A stretch of 64,000 bases of DNA from Octopus vulgaris. Its lineage: Eukaryota. Of this stretch, positions 1 to 13,208 are shown one piece after another (the first letter of the stretch is position 1; the number at the start of each line of letters is the position of its first letter). The DNA lies in NCBI GenBank assembly GCA_951406725.2, contig OX597835.1, positions 25,172,001 to 25,236,000 of the forward strand. Reading direction: 5' to 3'. Made by a program: the position numbers and the translations under genes. The notes beneath the pieces are model-generated. The model ran no database searches. It worked only from the letters and a program-made list of their open reading frames with translations, and had not been told where the DNA came from.

Positions 1-472
1 AATTACATTCAAACCCATCAACTCACCCCGTTTCTTTCATACTCTCTGGTCGGTGAGGAAACCATTAAAAGAACACAGATTTTTTTGGCAGTCCCTCCTA
101 AATTTGAACCATTCAACCGTTCCAAATTTCCAGTTAAGAAAAGGAAGTGTGGTGGGGAGGGAGAGAGAGTGGGAGTAAGACATGTGAAGTTTCCGGAATG
201 GTGAAAAAAAAAAGGTGATTTCAAATTGCCCATCATACCAAACACACCCCCATCAGCCTGAAGTCTATTGAGTTTTTTGTTATGCTTGATTGTGGATAAG
301 GATTTTTTTTTTCTTTTGAGCCAGGAAAGAGTCTTTGTATTTATTTATTTACTTCATTCTTTCATCTGGCTACCCTGAATCTACCTGCATCTTCACACAC
401 CTACCTTTTTTTTTGTTTTCAATATAGAAAGCCCTATAGAGGCCTTTTGTATATCTCAATTGCCATCTATCA

Positions 473-503
<31 letters not shown>

Positions 504-556
504 CATACATACACACATATATATATACACACATATATATATACACATATATATAT

Positions 557-595
<39 letters not shown>

Positions 596-947
596 TATAT
601 ACACACACATATATATATACACATACACACACACACACATAGATACACACACACATGCACACATAAACAAGTGCACATATGCAAAAATACGCACACAACT
701 ATACGTAATAAAACATTAATAACTTTGAAATCTGAAAAACTTGTGAGACTATCTAATTCTCTCTCTCTCTCTCTCTCTCACTCTCTCTTTCTCTCACACA
801 CACACATACAAACACACACACACAAACACACATACAATTACACACAAAGCAATGCACAAATTTATATAAGCATTCATATCAACATGCTCATAAATTACAC
901 ACAAAGCCATACATACAACCAAATACACACGTGCATATCTGAGTGCA

Positions 948-981
<34 letters not shown>

Positions 982-1413
982 ACACATTTTACCCAGTATG
1001 TATGTATTGTGTGTGTATACGATTCTTTGATATTCATTAAATTTCTGTAAAATTGCAAGACATAACCGGAAATTTTAGAACTGGTAATTGTGATGGTGTT
1101 AAAAGGGAGGAAGGGCGAAAGGTGGATTGTCTGCCATTGTGATATGCCTCTGATAATAGAACTATTGTTGATGCTGTTGGGTGGCCGCTTCTCCCTCTCA
1201 GACAGTGATGGTGGTGGAGACGGTGAGGGTGGTGGTGGTGGTGGTGGTGGTGGAGGTGTTCCTGGCATCAGAGATATTATTTTCATTGTGATTGTTGATG
1301 ATATAATTAACGTGGTGAATGTGGTGGTACAGTTAGTGATTGTGTTGTTGCTGCTGCTGTTGAAGTAATTACAATGGTATTTGACATCCATCATAAACAT
1401 ATATATATATATA

Positions 1414-1473
<60 letters not shown>

Positions 1474-1677
1474 TAAATACCCTGGATGCTGTAGGGTGCT
1501 TGACTACCTTGTCAGTCATAAGATAATTGTGTTCTCATGGTTGAGTTGTTTTGACTCTTATTTCTAGCAATGCTGGTGCAAACTAGTAGTCTTAGTCACT
1601 TTAGTGACATCTATAGTTCCATCTTTTGTTTGTAAATTGTGAATAAGCCATCTTTATTATAATTAATATATACATAT

Positions 1678-1716
<39 letters not shown>

Positions 1717-1717
1717 C

Positions 1718-1872
1718 TGGTGTAGGAGTGGCTGTGTGGTAAGTAGCTTGCTTACCAACCACATGGTTCCGGGTTCAGTCCCACTGCGTGGTAGCTTGGA
1801 CAACGGTCTTCTACTACAGCCTTGGGCCAACCAAAGCCTTGTGAGTGGATTTGGTAGACTGAAGCTGAAAGA

Positions 1873-1906
<34 letters not shown>

Positions 1907-2100
1907 TTGTCCACCCCAACATCACTTGACAACTGATGCTGGTGTGCTTATGTCCCCCGTAACTTAGTGGTTTGGCAAAAGAGACTGATAGAATAAGTAC
2001 TAGGCTTACAAAGAATAAGTCCTGGGGTCGATTTGCTCGACTAAAGGCAGTGCTCCAGCATGGCCACAGTCAAATGACTGAAACAAGTAAAAGAGTAAAG
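1718..2100 (+). mobile_element. tRNA-headed SINE, family A (CORE-like middle, internal microsatellite, GTAAAAGA tail)
   Basis: Head GGCTGTGTGGTAAG..GGTTCAGTCCC (A/B-box-like) and tail TGACTGAAACAAGTAAAAGA. Further full or partial copies at about 2620, 7210, 13360, 13890, 18950, 20415, 21157, 22740, 28585, 34150, 35418, 38300, 40100, 44120 and 48055. Confidence 0.85.
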
Positions 2101-2204
2101 AGATCAGAGAAAACCTTTATGTAGATATGGGTCTGTAAACCCATTTACCGTTAACACATACTTCTAATACAAAGATGCACTAAACACATTCATGTCATTT
2201 TACA

Positions 2205-2595
2205 ATATAAAAAATGAAAACAATATGAACAAGAGCACTCAGAGTGTGTAAACCTCCACTGAGGCAATACCAACGTCCTCTCAACGATTAGCCAGAGATG
2301 ATTTTTAAAATGAGAATATCTGCAATAAACTTGACTGCTCTCACAAACAAGAATACTAAAAATGAACCCAACTGCTCTCAAAAATTAAGTAAAAAAAAAA
2401 GCAGGAAAAATAATCCTGAATCCTTGTCTGGTACTGGATTGATCCCAAAATTTAATCAGTTTGTGCCAGTCATGAGGCCAAACCTCCCTGAAAATTTCAT
2501 CCAAATCCATCCAGCAGTTCTTGAGATATCTTGTCCATGGAGAAACAAACAAACATGACTGAAATAATACCACCGCCTTGCTAAGGCAGAGATAA
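2205..2595. mobile_element. Non-autonomous interspersed repeat, unclassified
   Basis: Ends AACAAGAGCACTCAGAG... and ...CCGCCTTGCTAAGGCAGAGATAAT with internal AAATTTCATCCAAATCC, typical of small non-autonomous elements. Confidence 0.4.
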
Positions 2596-3812
2596 TAAAT
2601 TTCATATACATAGATGCAAGCATAGCTGTGTGGTAAGAAGCTTGCTTCCCAACCACATGCTTCTGAGTTCAGTCCCACTGTGTGACACCTTGAGCAAGTG
2701 TCTTCTACTATGGCCTTGTGAGAGGATTTGGTAGATGGAAACTGAAAGAAGCCCACTGTGTATTGCCACTTACAAGCACCCAGTCCACATTGTAAAGTGG
2801 TTGGTGTTTGGAAGGGCATCCAGCTGTAAAAACCTTACCAAAACTAACCTCACCTGTGCTTGTGCCACATAAAAAGCACTTAGTCCACTCTGTTGAATGG
2901 TTGGTGTTAGGAAGGGCATCCAGCTGTAAAAATCCAACCAAATCAATTACAGAAGTCTGGCGTACACTTCTGCCTGGCCGGCTCTTGTCAAACTAGCCCA
3001 CCTTGAGAAAGAAAATAGGGTACACATACTTGAAAATAAGACAGGGTGGCCATGTTTGGAATGCCTTTGCACACATGGCATCCTGTACTTCATTTTATTT
3101 CCCCACTTCAACTAGTACAAAACTTTAAACACCACCGTAGCAACACTACCATTATTATGACCACTACAACAAACTCTGCTGCTACTGCTGCTGCTGCTAC
3201 TACTACTACTACTACTACTACTACTGCTACTGCTAAAACTACCACTGTAACAACTCAAATACCATTCCCATCACAAATTACCACCGTTACTATCACCCCT
3301 GCAACCACAACCATCACCGTCATTACTACTACTACCACTACCACCACCACAACCACTACCACCACCACTAACAGCGTGAGTGTATAAATCTACCCCTACC
3401 TCACCTTTGAGCAAACAGTGTACCCAATCATATAAATCGGATACACTGTAGTATTAGTTGTTGTCATCATCATCATTGTCGTGTCAGTAATTAAAAACCA
3501 TAATTAATTAACTGTTCCCTTTTGTTTAATTAGTTTGGTTTTCTTTTTATTTGTTTTCAATTTTGCTGTCCCCCAAACTGTATTCCAATGTATTTGTTGT
3601 TGGTGTTTTGTTTTAGTTTTTTAATTTTATATATATATATATTTCCGAAGGGAAAGCAAAACCCCACTCCATCCATTACCTTAGACATTGTTAAGTCAAT
3701 GACAAAACACCCACCCACCCATACCACCACCAGCACCACCACCACTCTCACTATTGTACAAGCAGATACACAGATCAAATGAGAATACTGACAACCATGA
3801 CAATATTGATGA

Positions 3813-3846
<34 letters not shown>

Positions 3847-4118
3847 GGTGGTGGTGGTGGTGGTGGTGTTGGTGGTGGTGGTGGTGGTAGTAGTGATGAT
3901 GATGATGATGATGACGACGATGATGGTGATAATGAAAGTTTAATATGTACTTCTGCCACTCGGATTGATGGTGCTACAAGGACTGTGAGAAGAAGGGTGG
4001 AAATTGGTTGCGGAGCCAGAAAACGAAGAGTGCTACCACCCAGCTACCCTCACCTGTCTCCTGTCTACCCTCACCAGATTAATGGATCAAGTTGGATGCC
4101 TGTTTATGAAGTAAAAAA

Positions 4119-4191
<73 letters not shown>

Positions 4192-4749
4192 AGAGAGAGA
4201 GAGTGTGTGTATGTGTGTGTGCACACACACACTCACATGCACGTGTGCTCCCTATGATTTCTAACATAACCAATTTATACAGAAGGGACAGTCTAAACAG
4301 TATGGAACACTGAAGATGACCATCTGCCCCTTGCTGGTTACTGCCACAAAACCACCACCACCACCACCACCACTACATCATCTATTACACATGCATAAAA
4401 GAGAAGACTTCCACCACCACCACCACCATCCATCCATCCATCCATTACATAAAAAGCAGGAGAAGCAAAAACTGCCACCCTCGTCCACATCGTTATTATT
4501 CCAAGATAGCTTAATGACTCATTCTAATTGTATTTATGTAATGCCAATTGATAATCTGTGAGACTTTAAGCTAGTTCTACTACACATGTTTTTAGCAATG
4601 CTCCATGGTACCTAGATTTAATTCTACTACAGATGAAGCACCATTGTACAATATTACCTGCTGAGATTTACCACACGCAGTTTTGCTATCACTAATAATA
4701 TTGTGACTATCTTTAACACGGTCTGTGACACTGTGACTAGCTTTACTAT

Positions 4750-5240
4750 CTATCTATCCACTCAGTTGAAGTCGACCCTCGGTTACTCGTTGGATCAGTG
4801 TCCTCCAGTCAGTTCTATCCTGGGCCGCTTCTTTCAGATTGGCTATGTCCATGCTGGTATCACTCTTGATGGTGTCAAACCAGCGGGTTCTTGGTCGGCC
4901 TCTTCCTCTCTTGCCACTGACCATTCAGAGCATGATGTCCTTCTTCAGGGATTTTCTCTGCATAATATGACTGAAATATGCCAATCTATGCTTGGTGATC
5001 CTAGCTTCTAGCAACATTTTCGGCCCTATCTGCTTAAGAACTTCTCCATTGGTGAGCCTCACTGTCCATGGAATCCGTAAAAGTCTTCTCCAACACCAAA
5101 GCTCAAATGCATTAATTCTCTTCTGTTCAGCTTTCTTTAGTGTCCAGGTTTTGCATCCATATGTTGCTATTAGGAAGACAATTGCATTCACCAATCTGCA
5201 TTTGGTAGCGAGTCTGATGTCTCTACTCTTCCAGACCCTT
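4750..5240 (-). mobile_element. RTE-clade LINE 3' fragment (RT C-terminal region), degenerate
   Basis: YGCKTWTLKKAEQKRINAFELWCWRRLLRIPWT..TN.EVL, then GKRGRGRPRTRW.D.I..D after a stop, and a (GATA) tail. Confidence 0.9.
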
Positions 5241-5469
5241 TACAACAGCTTGTTAATTGGGACTGGCTTTACCATGGATGGTAAAGCCAGTCCTTTGGTA
5301 GCTTTGTTACAGCTAGTGGAAATGTGACTAGTTTTAGTATGACTTGTGGTCCCTTAACTTTATCCCAGTTGGTGATACTGTGACAAGATGATGACAAATG
5401 ACCAAGACTTTTGGAGATTTGCTGAGCTTTAGAAGATATGTCCAGCTAAGTGAACTCATAGTCATGGTC

Positions 5470-5660
5470 AGCACTGGTGATGTGTGCACCAACACTGGTA
5501 ACATGTTAAGGGCACCTGTGCCAGTGATATGTTAAAGGCATCCCCACCAGCCGCACATAAATAGCATCCATACCAGTGACATGTTAAGGGCACCCATGCT
5601 GGTGATGCATTAAGGGTACTTTTGCCAGTGATGCATTAAGGGCACCCTTGCCAGTGACAA
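5470..5660. repeat. Degenerate tandem repeat of about 27 bp (GCCAGTGAnAYGTTAAGGGCACC-like)
   Basis: Around six imperfect units visible. Confidence 0.6.
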
Positions 5661-5729
5661 TAAGTTCCATGCTATAAATGATATTGGAACAGGCATATTT
5701 ATAAAATATCCCATGTATCTTAAAGCAAT

Positions 5730-5905
5730 CTTTCAGGCACCATTTCTCAACAGGCTTTGGAACAGCCATGACATATCATCGAAGGAGAAAGTCGATGTAT
5801 ATAAGTCAGTGGTCTTCACAACATTGCTTTATGGTGCTGAATCTTGGACTCTGTACCAAAAGCACATCAACCAGCTTGATGTTTTTCATATGCGATGCTT
5901 GCAAA
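5730..5905 (+). mobile_element. Second RTE-clade LINE fragment
   Basis: RLWNSHDISSKEKVDVYKSVVFTTLLYGAESWTLYQKHINQLDVFHMRCL, a typical RTE post-RT motif. Confidence 0.85.
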
Positions 5906-6235
5906 CTAGGTTTGTATGAATGATAAAGGACTATGTACTGAAGACTTTTTTTTCACTTGCTAGCATACACACACATGCACACACAGACACACACACAGAC
6001 GCGCGCACACACACACACACTCACCTTTCTGAGTGCATACCTGCATGAATGTATGCCTGCATACACACATCCTTATATATTAGACATGTTTACCCACGTG
6101 CATACATCTATTGTGTATATATACACATGCACACAATTTTATGTATATGCACACATACAAAAAATGTGTATGTGCGTATATACATTTATATACACACACA
6201 TACATATATATGTGTGTGTGTGTGTGTGTATGGTG

Positions 6236-6269
<34 letters not shown>

Positions 6270-6400
6270 ATATACATATACACACAAACACACACACACA
6301 TACAAACATAGGTATACATATACACATACATGTATATATATAGATACACACACACATAAAAGTTTTACACATAGGCATATGCCAACATTCATGTACTGAT

Positions 6401-6435
<35 letters not shown>

Positions 6436-6839
6436 CTACATTATCTTTCATCACTGCTTCGAATGAGAGACAGGAAATAGCGACCATATTTACAATTCCT
6501 AGAGAACATCTGTTGGTTCATAGAAAGAAATATTCTATGAAAGAGGAACATAGAAGAGAAACATTCGTTTCACAGACTGTGACTATATTCCACGCTTCAT
6601 TTAATTCAGCTGAGAGGATATAGAAGGCTATTCAATGGACCCAGCCCAGACCCCCTATACATCCTCTTCTGCCTCCCCGCCTATCTTTACAATGCAATGG
6701 AATGGGTTAGGGTAGAGTTCACAGCTATTTAGAATACATTTGCACACTGAACATATTTTCAGGTATGTTTGGAAGATTATATATACATGCACAAAGAACG
6801 TATGTATATATGTGTGTGTGTGTGTGTGTGTTGGTATGA

Positions 6840-6878
<39 letters not shown>

Positions 6879-6950
6879 GACAGAGAGAGAGAGTAAAAGA
6901 AACAAAAGGAGGAACAAAAGTGCATTTATATGTATGTACCCATGCGTACA

Positions 6951-6995
<45 letters not shown>

Positions 6996-7090
6996 GTACA
7001 AACATACACATAGGTATTTGCGTGTGGCAGTGTATATATATGTGTATATGTATATATATTTATGTATGTATGTATGTATTTGTGTGAGTA

Positions 7091-7123
<33 letters not shown>

Positions 7124-7669
7124 GTTTGTATATATATGTATACACATACACATACACACAATATGCAAATGTGTGTGTGTGTGTGTTGTGTAGACAGGAA
7201 TATCTATGTGGGCGTAGCTGTGTGGTTAGGAAGCTTGCTTTTCAACAATGTGGTTCCAGGTTCAAACAAACTAGCAGCATATTGGGCAAGAATCTTGATC
7301 AATACCTGAGGAGTGGAATTTGGTAGACAGAAACTTTGCAGAAGCCCATTGCTTTTCTATTTATATCTGCTTTTTATATTCATATATATAGATATGATGA
7401 TGATGATATATATTTCCATCTCCCAAATCCACTCACAAGGCTTTGGTCAGCCCAAGGCTATAGTAGAAGACACTTGCCCAAGGTGCCATACAGTAGGACT
7501 GAACCTGGAACCATGTGGTTGAGAAGCATGCTTCTAACCACACAGCCGCGCTTTGAGCGAAGTCATTGCCAGTGCAGGTGGCACATGAAAAACACCATTT
7601 GAGTGTGGTCGTTGCCAGTACCGCCTGACTAGCCCTCATGCTGGTGGCACGTAAAAGCACCCACTACAC

Positions 7670-8395
7670 TCTAAGCATTTTATCCAGTGTGCTAACGTTT
7701 CTGCCAGCTCACTGCCTTGTGACAATACTTTCTACTATAAGGACAAGGCCTGAAATTTTAGGGGAAGTGACTAGTCAATAAAGAGCAACCCCAGTACTTG
7801 ACTGCTACATATTTTATTGCCCCTGAAAAGATAAATGGCAAAGTCAACCTTCGCAGAATTTGAACACAGAATGTAAAGGCAGACAAACTCTGTTAACCAT
7901 TTGTCCCGCATGCTAACTGTACAGCCTGCTCACCACCTTTCAGAAATCAATGATAATCTTTTCTATTATAGGTACAAGGCCTGAAACTTGGTGGCAGGGG
8001 GGTGCGGTTAGTCGATTATATTGACCCCAGTGCTTCACTTGTGCTCAATTTATTAACCCCGAAAGGATGAAAGGCAAAGTCGACCTCAGCAGAATTTGAA
8101 CTTAGAAAGTAAAGATGAACGAAATGCCTCTAAGCATTTTGCCTGGCATGCTAACGATTCTGCCAGCTCACCACCTTATCAATAATAATAATAATGGTTT
8201 CAAATTTTACCAGAAGCTCAGCAATTTGGGGGGAGGGGATGAGTTGATTACATCGACCCCAGTCTTCAGCTGGTACTTATTTTATCAACCCCAAAAAGAT
8301 GAAGGTAAAGCTGACTTCAGCAGAATTTGAACTCAGAACATAGTGACAGGCAAAATGCTTTGTGTGCTAATGAGTCTGCCAGCTCTCCACCTTAA
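7670..8395 (-). mobile_element. Cluster of family B SINE copies (GAGCTGGCAG head; GCCTTTCATCCTTTCGGGGTCGATAA core)
   Basis: Three to four adjacent same-orientation copies. The family recurs at 15800-16560, 17605-17820, 24245-24610, 33405-33610, 36130-36660 and 55800-56490. Confidence 0.8.
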
Positions 8396-9060
8396 TCAAT
8401 AACAATAATAATAATAATAATGTTAATAATGTTATTGTTCAGATACTCAGATAAGCGTGGACACATAACTTCTCTCCCCTCTCACATGCAAACACACATT
8501 CCTAAACATCCATAAACCCTCACTCTTTCACACTTACACGGCTTCCATACAAACCCAAATCTACTTCCTATCTTCTCCCGCTTCTCTCACACAACTGTTA
8601 CGACTGTTATTCTTTCCTTTACCAAATCAATAAAAGCCAAAAACTGCCCCACCTCATGGAAACCTGACCAGTGGACCTTACTATAGATATTTTCGATACG
8701 GTCAGTGAACAGGACCCCCACCAATTCATTTTCCATTACAACACTTCAGTGATCAGTAACTGATCGATAATTGATTAATTAATTGGTCTTCCCCCACCAC
8801 TCACCAGTTCAACCTCCGTCTATTATCGTTCATTATAAACAGAGAATCTTTATTATAGTCCACAATGGAAGTTTTATTCACACATATATACACTAGAAAC
8901 ATTGTGTGTGCACAGATGCATATGTTTGAATGTGTACATGTACATATGCACATGTCTATCCATATATACATGTTATATATATATACACACACACATACAT
9001 AAAGAGCTATACACCTTTATCATGTAGAAAGTTTATTTCTGTAATAACTATATATATGTA

Positions 9061-9158
<98 letters not shown>

Positions 9159-9187
9159 CATACATACATACATATATATATATATAC

Positions 9188-9232
<45 letters not shown>

Positions 9233-9824
9233 AATATATGTATGTATGTATGTATCTATTTGTTAAACATTAGTTCATAATAGTGTAGTGTACACACAAG
9301 TACATATGCACAAAAATAACATACAAACACACAACACACAAATGTATATATATACACATGTACACACATAGTAGAGCCGCTGGAAAGAACTCTAACAAAA
9401 CATACATTCTGCTAAATCCGAGGCATAGGGGAGTTTCTGTTTTCTAATTAAAAGGATAATTTCAGTTAAAGCAGTGGTTTCCAATCTTTTTTGCATCAAA
9501 ACTGGTTTCACAAGCAGAAGTACCCAGCATTGCCCAGGTTAAAGATAATGAGATTTTGTTCAAAAATTTGATAGACGTGTTTTTTTCTAAATAATTATTG
9601 TGGTTAGTGATTCTAACATTACTGGCAAAACAAATTCTGTGAGATCAACAACAGTAATATACTTGAGATAGAAAACACATAAAAAGCAAGTTATAATAAA
9701 ACTTCTCCTGGCTTGCCAGTCCTCAGTCAAGCCATCCAACCCATACCAGCATGGAAAGCGGACGTTAAACAATGATGATGATACAATATCATAATGAGTT
9801 TTTTCCAGTGGAGAATAAATGAAA

Positions 9825-10240
9825 GGCACTTAAAAGGCACCATTCGAGCGTGATTGTTACCAGCGTCGCCTTAAAGGGCACCATCCAAGCATGAGCGTTG
9901 CCGGAGCGGCTATCCGGCCTCCATGCCGGTGGCACGTAAAAGACACCATTTGAGTGTGATCGTTACCAGCATTGCCTTACTGGCACCTGTGCCGGTGGCA
10001 TGTGTAAAAGATTTGAGTGAGGTTGTTGCCAGTACCGCCTGACTGGCCCCATGCCAGTGGCACGTAAAAGCACCCACTACACTCTCGGAGTGGTTGGCAT
10101 TAGGAAGGGCATCCAGCTGTAGAAACTCTGCCAGATCAAGATTGAAGCTTGGTGCAGCCATCTGGTTCGCCAGCCCTCAGTCATTCGTCCAACCCATGCT
10201 AGCATGGAAAGCGGACATTAAACGACGATGATGATGATGA
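9825..10240 (+). mobile_element. Family C non-autonomous retro-element with internal tandem repeats and (GAT)n tail
   Basis: GGTTGGCATTAGGAAGGGCATCCAGCTGTA...CCATGCTAGCATGGAAAGCGGACATTAAACGA(TGA)n. Many copies, e.g. 2770, 20830, 26605, 26810, 27870, 32300, 38820, 49250, 50645, 61786. Confidence 0.75.
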
Positions 10241-10844
10241 TCTATTGAACTTCCAACATGTGAGCATCCAACATACAATTGTCCATGAGAGAAGCAAGGC
10301 TCCTCTAATTGCAAATCGGTTACTGATAATGTCTGTCCTTGCAACTTGTTGATGGACACTGCGAAATTCAGTCTAATTGGAAACGGTCCTCTTTGAAATT
10401 GTACTGGTGAACCAGTAGGTATTAATGGACTTCTAGCAATGAATACATTATCGCCTGGTCCAAATCCAGAGAGTTCAGTAGCGTCTATAACATTTGGCAT
10501 CATTTTCTTCACAATAAGTCTTACTCCATTACACAATTTTGGAGGATTTAAATTTTTCAGAAGCATTACAGGTGTTTGCAGGTTTCAAGTCAAAGCTTCT
10601 GAGGAGGTAAATTTGGTGGTTGCAGAGAGTTTAAAAACTCAAATGGATAATTTACTTTTTATGATTGGTCAACAAGTGTCAACAGATCTGTATGATTGAC
10701 AATTTCCAAGAAGGCACATTAAAAGATCAAAGGTTATGCATTCACTGTTACGTTTTTCGGGGCTAGAATTGCCCTTTCACTCAACCATTTGTGATGCTTA
10801 TGTTGTGCACTGAGATTTGGGAAGACTTTGTTAATAAATTCTTT

Positions 10845-11254
10845 GGATCTTTTTGGTTTGAACGGCAGTTTTTTCTAGCGGTGTCATATGAAATTGTCAC
10901 CCATAATTATGACCCTAGTATCGATCTATTGCATTTCAATCTGTTTTAGGGTTAGGGGTGGGGGGAAGGGTATCTTTTTTTCTTCACAAATGTAAGTAAA
11001 CCCAATCTGTTTCTTAAACGAGGGACATATTCATACAGCACAGAATGTTTTTTACCTCAATGAACGTCATTAATTGGTTGAAATTGCAGAAATTGAAGAA
11101 AAAAAACAACAAATATCTTACAAACTATAGAATTTTCTCAATAAAGTCAAGAGAAAAAGATGTTTTATAAACACATTCTATCAGTATACGAAGTTTAAAA
11201 TTTTTTAGTTACCTAGAATTATGTTAAAAGCTGCCGTTCAAACCGAAAAGATCC
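10845..11254. mobile_element. 410-bp MITE with about 28-bp TIRs and perfect 8-bp TSD (Merlin-like)
   Basis: TIR GGATCTTTTTGGTTTGAACGGCAG / CTGCCGTTCAAACCGAAAAGATCC. TSD AATTCTTT at 10837-10844 and 11255-11262. GG termini plus 8-bp TSD fit Merlin. Confidence 0.85.
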
Positions 11255-11289
11255 AATTCTTTCTCTAATTTCACCATTGGGCAAATATA

Positions 11290-13123
11290 TATATTATATA
11301 GAGAGAATGTCCGATGTCGTTTGGCTACTATTTCTAGCTTCGGCCCTGACCATGTAGAAGGTATTTTCAGTCCCTTCACATTAAGTCAATTAACGAACGA
11401 GAAAGGGGTGAACACACCCACTAACACTAACAACTACAACAGCATGTCACACACACATTCTGCATTAACTTCCATTTATTTTTCGAAAACAACCAAAACT
11501 AACGGTCGAATCAAATTTTCAGCAGACGACAGTGAGAGGTGATCCACATGAGTTGGAATTTTTCCTTTTTGACAGGGTTTTTTCAAATTTTGTTTTATAC
11601 TGTGACCCAGGACATAATCTGGAACATCTTTTTAACAAACGTCTTCGAAAAATAGTTTTTTTTTTTTTATCCCCACGCACCCCCATCTCTCCGGACCGAT
11701 TTTGGTCGATTTTGTGGGAATTTCGCACGATGATTTTTTGGGGCAATATGCACTTAAATAGGAGAATCGTTTTCGGTAACAAAAAAATAAATATTTTCAG
11801 ACGAAAATGTGTATGAGTAAAAGTAAATTTGGCTGTTGCTTCTAGCATGTCGCATGACCGGTAAGGTTTAGGGTTGATAGTAATCATAAATTTTCAAACA
11901 TACTTTTTTGATTGTATATCGCTAACGTCCGACAAATTTTCCTTTAATCAGGACTACCTCCTGTTCCTTACAAGAATATTGTTCCAAATTTGAGAACAGC
12001 CTATACCTGAGTCTAAGAACCTTTCATGCCAAGTTTGAACACGATTAGTTGACTAGTTTTGGATGCATTGGTAACAGATTTTATATATAGACATAAACTT
12101 TTTTTTTTATTAAAGCTGCAAAGACATCACAAAAAAACTGCCTCAGACTTTCACGTTCCCTGTCGTCAAACATATATATATATGACATATATATAATGTT
12201 AGAGAATATATATGTATATATATATATATTTTCTTTACTAACCACAAGTGGCTAAACATAGAGGGGGCAAACAAGGACAGACAAAGGGATTAAGTCGATT
12301 ACATCGACTCCAGCGTGAAACTGGTACTTTATTTATCGACCCCTAAAGATATATATGTATATATAATGCAAAAACATCTTAAAGACTGTGATAGTCAATA
12401 CAATAGGAATAAAATTTTATTTATTTGTGCAGACCGGTTTTGGTCCGAGACCCTGTAGTTAGGGACCTCTGCTTTTTAAAAGAAAGAAGAGCCACTAATT
12501 GCTTCGTTCGTGAAACTATTCTTCTTCTAAGCCACACAACCTTTCTTTCGGTGATTTCCGTAACCTCACGTCTCACTGTAATCGCTTATACCCCTCTCCC
12601 CTCATTCGACGTCTCCCATAACAACGCATTCTAAGCTTCGGTGTCCTTCGTAACCCTTCGTAACCTCTGCAATTAATTTCTCTTCTCTCGTTCCGCAAAT
12701 ACCTGCTTAAACGCCTTCGATATCCTCTCTAAATTACGTCATCTTCCCCTCTCTCGTCTTCTTACATGTATGTAATTAATCTTACCATTAATTATTAATC
12801 CTCAAAACCCAGTCTCCGATATAGAAAAGCTTCCTCAGTCTTGTCACTAGAGCTAGATAGCCATTAATACCTCTGAGAATTGCTTGGACCCAACATTCAT
12901 TTGTTGCCCTTATCTATAACCCTCTATCTTCAATCTATAATCTCTATATAGAGAGAGGGAGAGAGATATCTTGGATCGATAAAGGTGCGAAACTTATAAA
13001 CTGTATCATTAGGAACAAGATCAACACCTCGGCTCCTTTTACTCCCTTTCATCCACTAAGTAATCTTCTGTGTCAATTTCATTAAATCCTAACTTGTCTC
13101 CCTATTCTAAACACATATCTACA
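11290..13123. promoter_or_regulatory. Relatively CpG-retaining region upstream of CCDC172 exon 1; possible (bidirectional) promoter
   Basis: CG dinucleotides are visibly more frequent here than in the flanks, and the region abuts the first coding exon. Not quantified. Confidence 0.3.
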
Positions 13124-13208
13124 ATGGAATCATCATTTGACAAACTTTTCAACCAAATTCTCGAAGCTGAACAAATTGCAGAGAAAATAAGGAACGATTC
13201 TCGAAAAG
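13124..13208 (+). CDS. CCDC172: Coiled-coil protein, CCDC172-like, coding exon 1 (MESSFDKLFNQILEAEQIAEKIRNDSRK)
   Basis: ATG at 13124 and donor AAAG|gtaaaa (phase 1). Peptide resembles the recalled vertebrate CCDC172 N-terminus ([20 protein letters not shown]). Joins in frame to six downstream exons. Confidence 0.75.

Larger units (their letters stand above)
9511..11285 (-). mobile_element. Helitron remnant (Pif1-like helicase C-terminal half plus 3' terminus), interrupted by younger insertions
   Basis: MLLKNLNPPKLCNGVRL...QFQRGPFPIRLNFAVSINKLQGQTL...FSHGQLYVGCS, with upstream FINKVFPNL..WLSERAILAPKN. Minus-strand 3' end CCTGGGCAATGCTGGG-TACTTCTG-CTTG|T looks like a decayed hairpin plus CTAG. 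Confidence 0.88.

Noticed and set aside
370-1030. Overlapping ORFs rich in YI/CV/HT (also near 6.0-7.3, 9.0, 20.1, 47.2, 51.2 and 52.1 kb)
   Set aside because: Translations of (TA)n/(CA)n microsatellites, open in several frames on both strands.
1718-1790. tRNA-like heads here and in many other copies
   Set aside because: They are SINE heads continuing into SINE body; no complete cloverleaf or Pol III terminator.
3696-4188. Poly-D/G and poly-S/P ORFs
   Set aside because: Built from (GAT)n and (GGT)n microsatellites; nearby splice-like sites give a stop in the expected phase.
10177-10566. Host PIF1 helicase gene
   Set aside because: Intronless, frameshifted, interrupted by transposons, and ending in a Helitron-type terminus.
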